The position numbers were made by a program, and so were the translations under genes. A stretch of 64,000 nucleotides of DNA from the NCBI GenBank assembly GCA_050633305.1, contig JBOEGF010000002.1, positions 32,001 through 96,000 on the forward strand. The letters run 5' to 3'. The notes beneath the pieces are model-generated. The model saw nothing but the letters and a program-made list of their open reading frames with translations, made no database searches and was not told the DNA's origin. This DNA comes from Nannocystales bacterium. Its GTDB lineage: Bacteria; Myxococcota_A; Polyangia; Nannocystales; Nannocystaceae. How positions within the stretch are numbered: the first letter of the stretch is position 1; every line of letters begins with the position of its first letter. Of this stretch, positions 1 to 9,152 are shown in pieces.

Positions 1-231
1 GTCACCAACCCCGGGGAGCGCGAAGCCTAGGAGCGCATCGAGACCGATGCCGAACTTGGTGCCGGGGACACGAACGATGTCCTCGAGCCAACGAACCATG
101 CTCCCGACCTTCTCCACCTCGGCGGTTCGGGCCAAGTGGGTGTCCGCCATGCGCTCCGCGTCGACCACTGCCGAGGACTCGGTCGAGACGGCGGGAAGGT
201 CGGCGGCGAAGGTTGCAGCGTGGGCAGACAT
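1..231 (-). CDS. DUF4112 family membrane protein, N-terminal part (runs off window)
   Basis: Not in ORF track. ATG at 231 after GGGAG; reads MSAHAATF...WLEDIVRVPGTKFGIGLDALLGFALPGVGD, matching the DUF4112 RIPGT..G.D...G..PG.GD pattern. Confidence 0.8.
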   Translation of the reverse strand, partial: MSAHAATFAADLPAVSTESSAVVDAERMADTHLARTAEVEKVGSMVRWLEDIVRVPGTKFGIGLDALLGFALPGVGD

Positions 232-305
232 GCTCCCAACTTAATCCCGGCCGGTCCCCTGGCAACCCGCCGGTCTCGGGGTGTTTTTCCCCGCGACTTT
301 GTTTC

Positions 306-342
306 AAAAAAAAGCGGCGGAGCCTCGTGAGAGGCCCCGCCG
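306..342 (-). terminator. Intrinsic terminator of the 381..830 gene
   Basis: Minus strand CGGCGGGGCCTC-TCAC-GAGGCTCCGCCG stem (one G-U) followed by C and T8. Confidence 0.85.
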
Positions 343-380
343 TCGTCGCATGGGTCGAACGAAACGATTGAGGGAGAGGA

Positions 381-830
381 CTACAGGCCAGCGAGGGGGT
401 CGTCGCCTTCGGGCATCTCGATGCGGGCTCGTTTGGTCTTGGCGGGTGCAACCGAGAGCGTGATCGTGCTGCCACCCGCATCGAGTGTGGCGGACTCGCC
501 AGCGAACTCCAGCATCTTCGACTTCACGATTCGCTTGCCATCGCGCTTGTATGCGACCTTTACCGCGTAGCCCTTGTCGTTCTTCGAGACGATGGTCACC
601 GACAGGTCGTGGGCGTGTGCTTCGTCAGAAGCGCGGAGTCTCGCGGTCTCGCCGACGGTCGAAGTTCCAGCGGCATCGAGCTTGGCCCCGTCGTGCTCGA
701 CCGTGGCCTTGATGGACATCTTCGCGGTCGCAGCGGGTGCGGTGGGTGTGGCGGCGGATGCGTCGGCTCCAAGCAGCATGGAGGGGACGGAAGCCAAGAG
801 GGCCAGGGCGAAGATGCGTGCGGTAGCCAT
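381..830 (-). CDS. Secreted hypothetical protein
   Basis: Start moved to MATARIFALALLASV (signal peptide); followed by a terminator. Confidence 0.8.
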   Translation of the reverse strand: MATARIFALALLASVPSMLLGADASAATPTAPAATAKMSIKATVEHDGAKLDAAGTSTVGETARLRASDEAHAHDLSVTIVSKNDKGYAVKVAYKRDGKRIVKSKMLEFAGESATLDAGGSTITLSVAPAKTKRARIEMPEGDDPLAGL

Positions 831-1030
831 GGTGCTGATTTCGACGCACGAGTCGCTCGGACGATTCAGGACTTGGGCAGTGGCAATGCGCCCCGAACCT
901 CCGGCGCACATCACGCAAGGACGAATTCGACCACGCATAGGGTGTTGGGAGTCATCCAGTTTTTTTGACCTACCCCGCGAAACTCCGGCGACAAGGCCGT
1001 TCGCGACATTTGGATCAGACCCCGCCGTGC

Positions 1031-2404
1031 TCAGCCCCAGATCGGGGTGCTGGAGGGGCCTGGCCTGGGCCTCGATACGTTTTGACTCTGCAGGGTCGCG
1101 AGCATGGGCTCGATGATTCCTGTCCACCCATCACTGCGGGCCTGGGCGCACTCGGCACCCGTCAGTCGACCAAGCCGGCCAATTCCTTCCGGCTCGAGTT
1201 CGCGGGGTGTCTCCGCGGGAGTCGTGGGACGCAGGCGGTTCGCAGCGTCGAGGACCGCCGCGCGCACGGGGGCACCACCACGCTCGACGGCCCAGGCCAC
1301 CATGCGCCACGCCAGTGCGGCGTGCCGAGCTTCGTCTGCGGCGATCCCTTCGAGAGCCTGCCGAACATCTTCGCCCTCGGCTCCGACCGCAGCACGAGTC
1401 ACGACCAGGGCAGCGATCGTCTCTCCGACGCAACCTTCGATGAAGGTGTCGGCGGCGAACCGAGCGAAGTCGGCCCTGCGTTGCGGCACAGCGGCGAGAC
1501 AGCCAGGCTCGAGCCTTGCGGCGCCACACGCCTGCGCGAGTGAAAGGCACGTCTTGGCATGTCGAATCTCGTCGAGCGCGGCCATATGAGCCTCTTCGAC
1601 GAGTTCAGGTGGAGCGCCCAGCGACAGAAGCTCGAGCGCGACCCGGCCAAAGGACGCGACCGATGCGTGCTCCATCGCCGCATCATCGAGCCAGGCTTGA
1701 GCCGCGAAGGCGCGAGCCTGCGACGACGCACGGAGACTCTCCCGCTCGCAAGACCAGCCAGAGCCGACTCCCGCCTCGAACGACGCCACCACAGGCGTGC
1801 CCGCATCGTCGAGCAGCGGACGCCCTCCCGGGCAGCGCGTGTACCAGCCGTAGCAACACGCGTTCTTGACCCCGTCGGCGCGCTTGGCCTTGGTCTCCGC
1901 TTTGTCGAGGCCGCGAAGCTCGCTCCCGCGTAGGGGGCCGTCGATCCCTTTGGCGCCGCGGGTAATCTTGCTCGGACATCCCAGGCTGGACGTGGCGCCC
2001 CTCACCGCATGTTTCTTGGCACTCGCTTTGTCGGTGCACCAGGTCCCACTCGGACAGCTGGCCCGGGGACGTCGCTGTTTGCTGGTACTGCTGGGCGGTA
2101 GCTTCGGCGCGGCCTCGACCTCGGGCGTCGTGGTGTCCGGGATCGACGTCTTTGGGTGAACCTTGGGGGCACCCGCCAAGGCAGGCACATCCAGCTTCGC
2201 CCCCCTGGGCTCGCCCACGTCTGCACGCGGCTTGGAGGGCGCTTCGGGGGGCTTGACGTCACCCCTCGCGGTCGCATCTCCGAGGTCAGCCGAGTGCTTG
2301 GCGACGACATCCGCCTTCGGTGTTCCGTCTTTTGCGTCGCACCCTGCCAAGAGGACGAGTGCGGGGGCAATGGCTCGTAGCAGGCGTTCGACGTCGGCGG
2401 GCAT
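1031..2404 (-). CDS. Lipoprotein with Cys-rich middle and C-terminal ferritin-like diiron domain
   Basis: Lipobox LLAGC; ligand pattern MEHAS...DEIRH...EGCVGE...DEARH. Confidence 0.85.
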   Translation of the reverse strand: MPADVERLLRAIAPALVLLAGCDAKDGTPKADVVAKHSADLGDATARGDVKPPEAPSKPRADVGEPRGAKLDVPALAGAPKVHPKTSIPDTTTPEVEAAPKLPPSSTSKQRRPRASCPSGTWCTDKASAKKHAVRGATSSLGCPSKITRGAKGIDGPLRGSELRGLDKAETKAKRADGVKNACCYGWYTRCPGGRPLLDDAGTPVVASFEAGVGSGWSCERESLRASSQARAFAAQAWLDDAAMEHASVASFGRVALELLSLGAPPELVEEAHMAALDEIRHAKTCLSLAQACGAARLEPGCLAAVPQRRADFARFAADTFIEGCVGETIAALVVTRAAVGAEGEDVRQALEGIAADEARHAALAWRMVAWAVERGGAPVRAAVLDAANRLRPTTPAETPRELEPEGIGRLGRLTGAECAQARSDGWTGIIEPMLATLQSQNVSRPRPGPSSTPIWG

Positions 2405-2457
2405 CACGAGCGAGGGTAACGCGCGAACCCGCCGACCGGTCCACCATCCGCGCAACG

Positions 2458-5400
2458 TCAGTCGAGCTGATCCTCGGGGTCCCCTCTGCCCACCAAACTG
2501 CGAATGTCCTCGATGATCATGTACAGCGCGGGCACGAGCAGCAGCACCACAAACGTCACGAACAGGACGCCAAAGCCCAGACTGATCGCCATCGGGATCA
2601 AGAACTTCGCTTGGACCGAGGTCTCCGCAATCATCGGCACCAGCCCGAAGAACGTGGTCAGAGACGTGAGCAAGATCGGCCGCATCCGCGACCCCCCTGC
2701 CTCGACGATCGCATCCATCGGCTTCCGTCCCTCACGTCGCTCACGGTTCGTGGCATCGATGAGCACGAGGGAGTCGTTCACGACCACCCCCGACAACGCG
2801 ATGATGCCGAACACACTCATGATGCTGAGCGTGTACCCCATGATCATGTGACCCGCGATGGCGCCGACGATCCCGAAGGGGATCACCGCCATGATGATGA
2901 TCGGCTGTAGGTAGCTGCGGAAGGGCAACGCGAGCAGCGCGAAGATGATGAACAGTGCCATCACGTAGTTCTGGCCCAGGCTTGCGAACGCCTCCTGTTG
3001 CTCCCGCTGCTGACCGACGAGCGAGATGGAGAGCTGCGGGTACTTCTCCTGAAGCTCCACGAACCCGGTCTTCTGCAAGTCGGCCAAGACCTCGGTCGGC
3101 GACGCGACCCCTTCGGCAAGCTCGCCGGAGACGGTGACCTGGCGCTGGCCATCCTCACGGCGGATTGTGGTTGGCGAAACGTTGCGATCGAACGTCGCGA
3201 CGTAGCCCAGCGGCACATCCCCACCGGCGGGCGTACGAAGCATGAACCGTGACAGGTCCGCCTCGGACTCGCGCTGCGCCTTGGGCAGTCGGACCATGAC
3301 CTTCAGCTCGTTGCGACCACGCTGCTCGCGGATCGCCTCGGAACCGTAGAATGCAGCCCGCAACTGGCCGGCCACGGCGTTGCCCGACAACCCCAGCACC
3401 CGCGCTTGTGGACGAAGGTGATAGTCGAGCCGGGGCTTACCGGCCGAGTACTCGTTGGTGACGTTCTTCAGCGTTGGGTACGCGCGAATCGCCTCGGTCA
3501 TCTCGGCGCTCGCCTGCGCAAGCACCTCGGTGTCGGGGTGCGAGAGCTGCACGGCCACCGCCGCGCCCGCTCCAGGGCCACTCGCGCTCGAGAACTTCAG
3601 CGACTCGACACCCGCAACCGCGGGCATGTGCTTGCGCCAAGCGGCGGCAAACTCGGCCGAGGTGAACGTGCGCTCGGCCGAGGGCGTCAACTGGACCTCG
3701 ATTCCGGTCAAGTGCGAGCCGACAGGGCTGCCTCCGGGACCCGGCCCTCGGTTGGGTACATCCTGGCCGAGGTAGGTGAACATGCCACGGACAGCCTCCT
3801 CACCACTGATCTCGGCGATGGCCTTGCGGGCGGCTTCCTCCGCGACCTCCCGGACCTGTGACGTGCGATCGATCGACGTCCCGTAGGGCAGACGCGCTTG
3901 CATCTTCACGATGTCGCCCTCGAGGATCGGGAAGAAGTTGAACGGAACCCGTCCGCTGGCGACCAGGCCCACCGCCAGAATCAACAGCGCAACACCGGCC
4001 GAGAGCGTGATGTAGCGGAACCGGATGAGAACCCGCGCAGCAGGCTTGTAGAGGTTCTGTGTCACCCACTCCAGACCATTGCCAATCGAAGCGTGCCCCC
4101 GAATCAAGGCTCCGAGAACGCCACGCCGAGGGAGTCGTTTTTTGCTGTCTTTCCCGTGCGCAAGGTGGGCCGGGAGAATCAGGAACGACTCGAGCAAGGA
4201 GAGCGCCAGCACCGAGATCACCACCGCCGGGATCATGCTGAAGAACTTGCCGATGATACCGGGCACGAAGAACAGCGGCGCGAATGCGGCTGCGGTGGTC
4301 AGGATGGCGAAGGTGACCGGAGCGATCATCTCCTTGGCCGCCGCGACGGATGCGTCGGCCCGACTCATGCCCTGCTCCATCATCGCGTAGGTTCGCTCCC
4401 CCACGACGATCGCGTCGTCGACGACCATGCCCAGGGTCACGATGAAGGCGAACAGGGTGATCATGTTGATCGATAGATCGGTCGTGCCCAGGAGCAAGAA
4501 CGACCCGAGGAACGAGATCGGGATCCCCAGCGACACCCAGAACGCGAGACGGAGGTCGAGGAAGAGCGCAAGGATGACGAGCACCAACGCGAGGCCCATC
4601 CCAGCGTTGCGCATCAGCAGGTCGATGCGGTCGCGAAGAGCCTCGGATTGGTCGTTCCAGGTTGCGACGGCGATCTCCGGAGGCAGCTCGCCCTCGAGGT
4701 CTTTCGCAATCGCTTTGACAGCGTCGGCGACGCCCGTCGGAGTCTCATCGCCGATGCGAAAGACCGTGAGGCGCACAGCTGGTTTTCCGTCGTAGAAGGA
4801 CGCCTGCTTGGTGTCTTCGTAGCCATCGTGAATCGTCGCGATGTCTCCCAGGCGGATCTCCGCGCCGTCCTTGGTGCTTCGCAGGATGATGTCCTCGAAC
4901 TCGTGGCCCGAAAGCCGACGGTCGGCGAGTCGCACCAGCAGCTCGCCGTTGCTCGTCTCGAGCGCGCCACCGGGAAGCTCCAGCGACGAAGCGGTGATCT
5001 CGGTTGCGATCTGTTGAAGACTGAACCCGTAGGCGTCCAGGGAGCTGCGCGGGACCTCGATGGAGATCTCCAGCGGGGGGACGCCTTCGAGATCGACCTG
5101 CGAGATGTGGTCGTCGGTCAGCAGACGTTGTCGGACCTTCTCAGCGACGTTGTGAAGCGTACGAAGCTCTTGGTCCCCGGAGAGCACCAGCGAGATGACC
5201 TCGTTCCTCCGCTTGGCGAGCGAGACGATCGGCTCTTCCGCCTCCTCGGGAAAGGTCTGAATGCGGTCGACCTCGTTCTTGACGTCCGCCAGGACCTCAT
5301 TGGCGTTGGCGTCCCCGAGCAACTCGATCGTGACCGTGGCGTTGCCTTCGCCCGACGCCGACGTCACGCGCTTGACCCCATCGACGGACCGAACGCCCTC

Positions 5401-5667
5401 CTCGACTGCGAGCACGATGCCCTGCTCGACCTCGGCCGGACTCGCGCCAGGGTACGGAACCGTGACGTTGACCATATCGAGGTTGAACTCGGGGAACACC
5501 TCCTGCTTGGACCGCAACACACCCAAGACGCCGCCCACCAGCAGGACGAACATGAACAGGTTGGATGCGACGGGGTGCAGGGTCATCCACGCCAATGGCC
5601 CCTTGGGCTTGGCCTTGGACTCCGCCTCGTCGTTGCCCTGAACGGGGGGCGTAACTTCAGTCGACAT
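2458..5667 (-). CDS. RND efflux permease (AcrB/AcrD/AcrF family)
   Basis: About 1070 aa; GMVVDDAIVV, GVVVNDS, RMRPILLTSLTT motifs; overlaps MFP gene. Confidence 0.95.
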   Translation of the reverse strand: MSTEVTPPVQGNDEAESKAKPKGPLAWMTLHPVASNLFMFVLLVGGVLGVLRSKQEVFPEFNLDMVNVTVPYPGASPAEVEQGIVLAVEEGVRSVDGVKRVTSASGEGNATVTIELLGDANANEVLADVKNEVDRIQTFPEEAEEPIVSLAKRRNEVISLVLSGDQELRTLHNVAEKVRQRLLTDDHISQVDLEGVPPLEISIEVPRSSLDAYGFSLQQIATEITASSLELPGGALETSNGELLVRLADRRLSGHEFEDIILRSTKDGAEIRLGDIATIHDGYEDTKQASFYDGKPAVRLTVFRIGDETPTGVADAVKAIAKDLEGELPPEIAVATWNDQSEALRDRIDLLMRNAGMGLALVLVILALFLDLRLAFWVSLGIPISFLGSFLLLGTTDLSINMITLFAFIVTLGMVVDDAIVVGERTYAMMEQGMSRADASVAAAKEMIAPVTFAILTTAAAFAPLFFVPGIIGKFFSMIPAVVISVLALSLLESFLILPAHLAHGKDSKKRLPRRGVLGALIRGHASIGNGLEWVTQNLYKPAARVLIRFRYITLSAGVALLILAVGLVASGRVPFNFFPILEGDIVKMQARLPYGTSIDRTSQVREVAEEAARKAIAEISGEEAVRGMFTYLGQDVPNRGPGPGGSPVGSHLTGIEVQLTPSAERTFTSAEFAAAWRKHMPAVAGVESLKFSSASGPGAGAAVAVQLSHPDTEVLAQASAEMTEAIRAYPTLKNVTNEYSAGKPRLDYHLRPQARVLGLSGNAVAGQLRAAFYGSEAIREQRGRNELKVMVRLPKAQRESEADLSRFMLRTPAGGDVPLGYVATFDRNVSPTTIRREDGQRQVTVSGELAEGVASPTEVLADLQKTGFVELQEKYPQLSISLVGQQREQQEAFASLGQNYVMALFIIFALLALPFRSYLQPIIIMAVIPFGIVGAIAGHMIMGYTLSIMSVFGIIALSGVVVNDSLVLIDATNRERREGRKPMDAIVEAGGSRMRPILLTSLTTFFGLVPMIAETSVQAKFLIPMAISLGFGVLFVTFVVLLLVPALYMIIEDIRSLVGRGDPEDQLD

Positions 5668-6862
5668 CGCGAGTAGCCTCGGTTTCGGGTTGGGGAGCGC
5701 TGTCCGGGTCGGTATCGGACACACGAACCGTCATGCCCTTCACCAACGTGGGCAGGTCGGTGACCATCAGCCGCTCGCCGTCTTCAACGCCGGCGCTCGC
5801 GAACACGGTCTCGCCGTCGGACCAGGCGATGGTCAGCTCGTGCGGGGATATCGTGTCGTCGCTGGCCACAACCCAGACGCGGTTGCCCTCGGAGAGGGCC
5901 GTGCGAGGGACGGAAGCCACATTTTCGGCCTCCTTGCCCTCGATCTCCACGCGAACGAACGCGCCGGGAAGAAGCGGTAGCTCGCCCTCAGGTGGGTCGA
6001 GCGGATTCTTGACCTGGACCAGGACCTGCGCGGTCCTGCTGTCGGCATCGAGCTCGCCGACGAGCCGAACCACGGTGCCCTCGCGTTCGATGGTGCGGGA
6101 GCCCAGGTTCTGAAGCACCCGAGCTTTGGAGCCCTGCTCTCCGTGCAAGCCCGGAACCTCGATGAGCGCGAGGTCCTCGACGGGGAGGGAGACTCGCACC
6201 CGGAACGCGTCGGTCCCGATCAGCGTCGCGACCTGAGCTCCGGGCGCCATGTAGGCCCCAACTTCGACCGCCTCGCGGGTGATCGTCGCGTTGAACGGCG
6301 CGACCACCCGAGTGCGGGAGCGATCGAACTTGGCGCGGTCGAGCGATGCCTTCGCGGACTCGAGGGCAACCTGCGCAGCCTCGAGCTGTGGTTCACGCAG
6401 CGCGAGTGGGCTTCGCTTACGGTTCACGTCGCCACCCAGGAGTTTCCATTCGCGCTCTGCAACCGAGCCTCGACCCTTCTCGAGTTCGAGGTCGGAGCGC
6501 GCCTTGGCGACTTGCGAGTTTTGCTGACGCACGCTCAAGTCGTACGTACGCCCATCGATCTTCGCGATGAAGTCACCCTTCTTGACGCGGCCCCCGACGA
6601 CGAGCGAGTCGGCGACCTTGGTGAGTCGACCGCTGACCTCCGCGGAGAGCGTGACCTCGCGCTCTGGTTCGACCACGCCCGTCCCGATCACCTGAGCGGT
6701 GAGATTCGCCCGATGCACCGAGATGACGTCGACGAGAGGTGCGACAACGGGAGGCGGGTCTTTCTCGGCGGTCTCGGCGGACTGAACGAGGGTGGAAGCG
6801 CCAAAGCCTGCCGCGCCAAGGATGACGGCCGGCAAGAGCACACGAGTGAGGGTCCAATGCAT
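5657..6862 (-). CDS. RND periplasmic adaptor (MFP)
   Basis: N-terminal anchor, lipoyl half-motifs (EVSGR..GGRVKKGD; APFNATI), coiled hairpin. Confidence 0.93.
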   Translation of the reverse strand: MHWTLTRVLLPAVILGAAGFGASTLVQSAETAEKDPPPVVAPLVDVISVHRANLTAQVIGTGVVEPEREVTLSAEVSGRLTKVADSLVVGGRVKKGDFIAKIDGRTYDLSVRQQNSQVAKARSDLELEKGRGSVAEREWKLLGGDVNRKRSPLALREPQLEAAQVALESAKASLDRAKFDRSRTRVVAPFNATITREAVEVGAYMAPGAQVATLIGTDAFRVRVSLPVEDLALIEVPGLHGEQGSKARVLQNLGSRTIEREGTVVRLVGELDADSRTAQVLVQVKNPLDPPEGELPLLPGAFVRVEIEGKEAENVASVPRTALSEGNRVWVVASDDTISPHELTIAWSDGETVFASAGVEDGERLMVTDLPTLVKGMTVRVSDTDPDSAPQPETEATRDVD

Positions 6863-6866
6863 GATG

Positions 6867-8240
6867 CTACCGATCTCCAAGAGCGGTGTAGAGGTCGATG
6901 CGGGCCGCGATCAGGTCGCGGTGCGCGGTGACGATGTCGAGCTCGGCGCGCTGCAACGAAGCGAGCGCGGTGAGCACGGGAAGGTATTCGGAGACGCCCT
7001 CGGCGTAGCGGGTCCGCGACTCTTCGAAAGCCGCCTTGGCAGCGAGGTGCTGCTCCTTGTAAAGCGCGAGCACCTCGGCCTGCTGGGTTTCGGCAAGCAG
7101 TGCGTCCTCGACCTCTTGCACGGCAACGATCGTAGATTGAGAGAGGTCCCGGGACGCCGTGCGTTGCTGGGCCTTGGCCTGTCGCATGAGACCGTAGGTG
7201 GAGCCGCCAGTGCTGAGCGGAACGGACAACGTCGCGGTGGCGCTCCAGAACCCCTGCGAGCTCCACTCGCCCATGTTGATCGACTGCACACCGCCCTTTG
7301 CCGACAGACGCAGGTCGGGCGCGAACGAGCGCTTGGACACCTTGGTGCGCTTTTCGGTCGCTTCGAGCCGCTCGGTCTTGGCCCGGAGATCGGGCCGGGC
7401 GCGGAGCAGTTCCGAGGGAGCCCCCACACCAGGACGCCCCGGCAGCGAAGGCAGGGTGCTCGGAGTCGAGAACGCTTGACCTGGGGTGTCGCCAAGCAAG
7501 ACAGCCATCCGCTGCTCGAACGCCCGCAACTGTTGCTGCGCCCGTGGCACCTGAACCTTGGATGCGGCCACTTGCTGACGCTGCTGGAGGACGTCGACCG
7601 CGTTGGCCTGACCGGTGTCGAACTTGAGTTGCGTCAGCTCGAGAAGTCTCTCGTTGGTTTTGACCTGCTCCTGCGTGATGACGAGTTGCGCCCGGGACGC
7701 CACGAGGTCGTAGTAGGTGCTCGTGATCTGTGAGGCCAGGGTCTGGCGCTGTGCGTCGACATCGTGCTTGGCCGCGGTGCGGTCATCCTTGGCCGCGCGG
7801 TGGCCCAATACGCTCTTGCCGGTGATGTCGATCGCCAGTCCAACATTGACCGCGGACGACGCTTGCCAGTAAAGCTCGGGAACGTCGACGGGGCCCGCCG
7901 CTCCCCCGCTGCCGCCGCCTCCTCCGAACTGGAACCCCAGGCTGTCGAGCGGCCCTGTGGTCATCGACGTGTCCCATGTCGCGGTCGGCAACAGGGGGGA
8001 GAGCTGCTGGGCGACGACCGCGTCGGCCTCGTCGATTCGGCTTTGCGCCGCGAGCACGGAGAAGTTGTTGCTGGTGCCGCGGATGACGAGCGTGTTGAGC
8101 TCGGGGTCCGCGAAGCGCGTCCACCACGACTGGTTGGAGGCTCGCGTTGCGCCGCTGGGCGCGTTGACAAACTTGGGCCCGAGCTCGGGCGTGGGATCGG
8201 CGGCCAATACGAAGGCCGCCAGAAGCAAGGAAACGGTCAT
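6867..8240 (-). CDS. TolC/NodT family outer membrane efflux protein
   Basis: Signal peptide; WWTRFADPELN, PSELLRARPDL motifs. Confidence 0.92.
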   Translation of the reverse strand: MTVSLLLAAFVLAADPTPELGPKFVNAPSGATRASNQSWWTRFADPELNTLVIRGTSNNFSVLAAQSRIDEADAVVAQQLSPLLPTATWDTSMTTGPLDSLGFQFGGGGGSGGAAGPVDVPELYWQASSAVNVGLAIDITGKSVLGHRAAKDDRTAAKHDVDAQRQTLASQITSTYYDLVASRAQLVITQEQVKTNERLLELTQLKFDTGQANAVDVLQQRQQVAASKVQVPRAQQQLRAFEQRMAVLLGDTPGQAFSTPSTLPSLPGRPGVGAPSELLRARPDLRAKTERLEATEKRTKVSKRSFAPDLRLSAKGGVQSINMGEWSSQGFWSATATLSVPLSTGGSTYGLMRQAKAQQRTASRDLSQSTIVAVQEVEDALLAETQQAEVLALYKEQHLAAKAAFEESRTRYAEGVSEYLPVLTALASLQRAELDIVTAHRDLIAARIDLYTALGDR

Positions 8241-8830
8241 GATTCGCTCTGTTGGGGTGCGATGCCGTGCAGCGTGGTCTCGACCAGGGTCGAGAGGTAG
8301 GCGGAGCCCCCGTCCGGGTAGCTCGGCAGAAAGGAACGCAAGGCGTGCGGGGCCTGGAGCGCGCCGATGAACGCCATCGCGATCGCCTCAGAGTCGGTGA
8401 TGGTTACCCGGCCCTGTGTGCGTAGCGTCTCGAACCAAAACGTCATCGCGCGCAACGCTCGGATCGGAGGCGGCACTTCCAGGTCGGAGAACACCTCGGA
8501 CGGGCAGAAACCCCCGGCTTTGAGCATCGCAATCGCGGGCATTGCCTTGGTGAAGAACGCATCCATCTCGAGCGCCCGTTCGAGGAGTTGTTCCTGCACG
8601 GGTCGGTCGTCGGGTCCCTGCTCGAGACGCAGGACGAACTCAGGGACGTTGGCGCCGACGAGCGCACGCCGGATGAGTTCGTGCTTCGTGCCCACACGCT
8701 TGAACAGCGCGGCTGCGGACACACCCAACTCTTCGGCGATCCGTTTGGCAGAAACCGAGGGGCCGTGGGCGAGAATGACCTCGCGAGCGGCCGCGAAGAG
8801 CTCGGCGTCGGTGAACTGTCGGGGTCTCAT
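8237..8830 (-). CDS. TetR/AcrR family regulator
   Basis: MRPRQFTD..., HTH IAEELGVSAAALFKRVGTK; 4-bp overlap with tolC-like gene. Confidence 0.92.
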   Translation of the reverse strand: MRPRQFTDAELFAAAREVILAHGPSVSAKRIAEELGVSAAALFKRVGTKHELIRRALVGANVPEFVLRLEQGPDDRPVQEQLLERALEMDAFFTKAMPAIAMLKAGGFCPSEVFSDLEVPPPIRALRAMTFWFETLRTQGRVTITDSEAIAMAFIGALQAPHALRSFLPSYPDGGSAYLSTLVETTLHGIAPQQSES

Positions 8831-8831
8831 C

Positions 8832-8861
8832 GGTTAGTTAGTGTCCAGACACTAACTAACC
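8832..8861. promoter_or_regulatory. Probable TetR operator
   Basis: Perfect 14-bp inverted repeat GGTTAGTTAGTGTC-CA-GACACTAACTAACC, 1 nt from the tetR ATG. Confidence 0.85.
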
Positions 8862-9152
8862 TGGTTCGACCGACATGCAAGATATTTTAGGGTTTTCCTG
8901 CGCCTGATCTAGCGCCAAGAGCGCGCTGGTGAGCTTCGGCGTGTTCCGCGCGCCACCATGCTCACCTCATCGGTAGAGCTGCCGCAGGCCGACGTGGCGA
9001 CCACCCTCACCGCGCTCGTCGCTTCGAGACCCGCTCCGTCCGTACTCGCGAAGCCCGGAAACCTGCCACCTAGGGACACACCACCCTCCCAAACTGTCCT
9101 GCGGTAGACGCACGGACGTTATCGCGCTCGAATAGCAGCTACCGTCGAGTCG

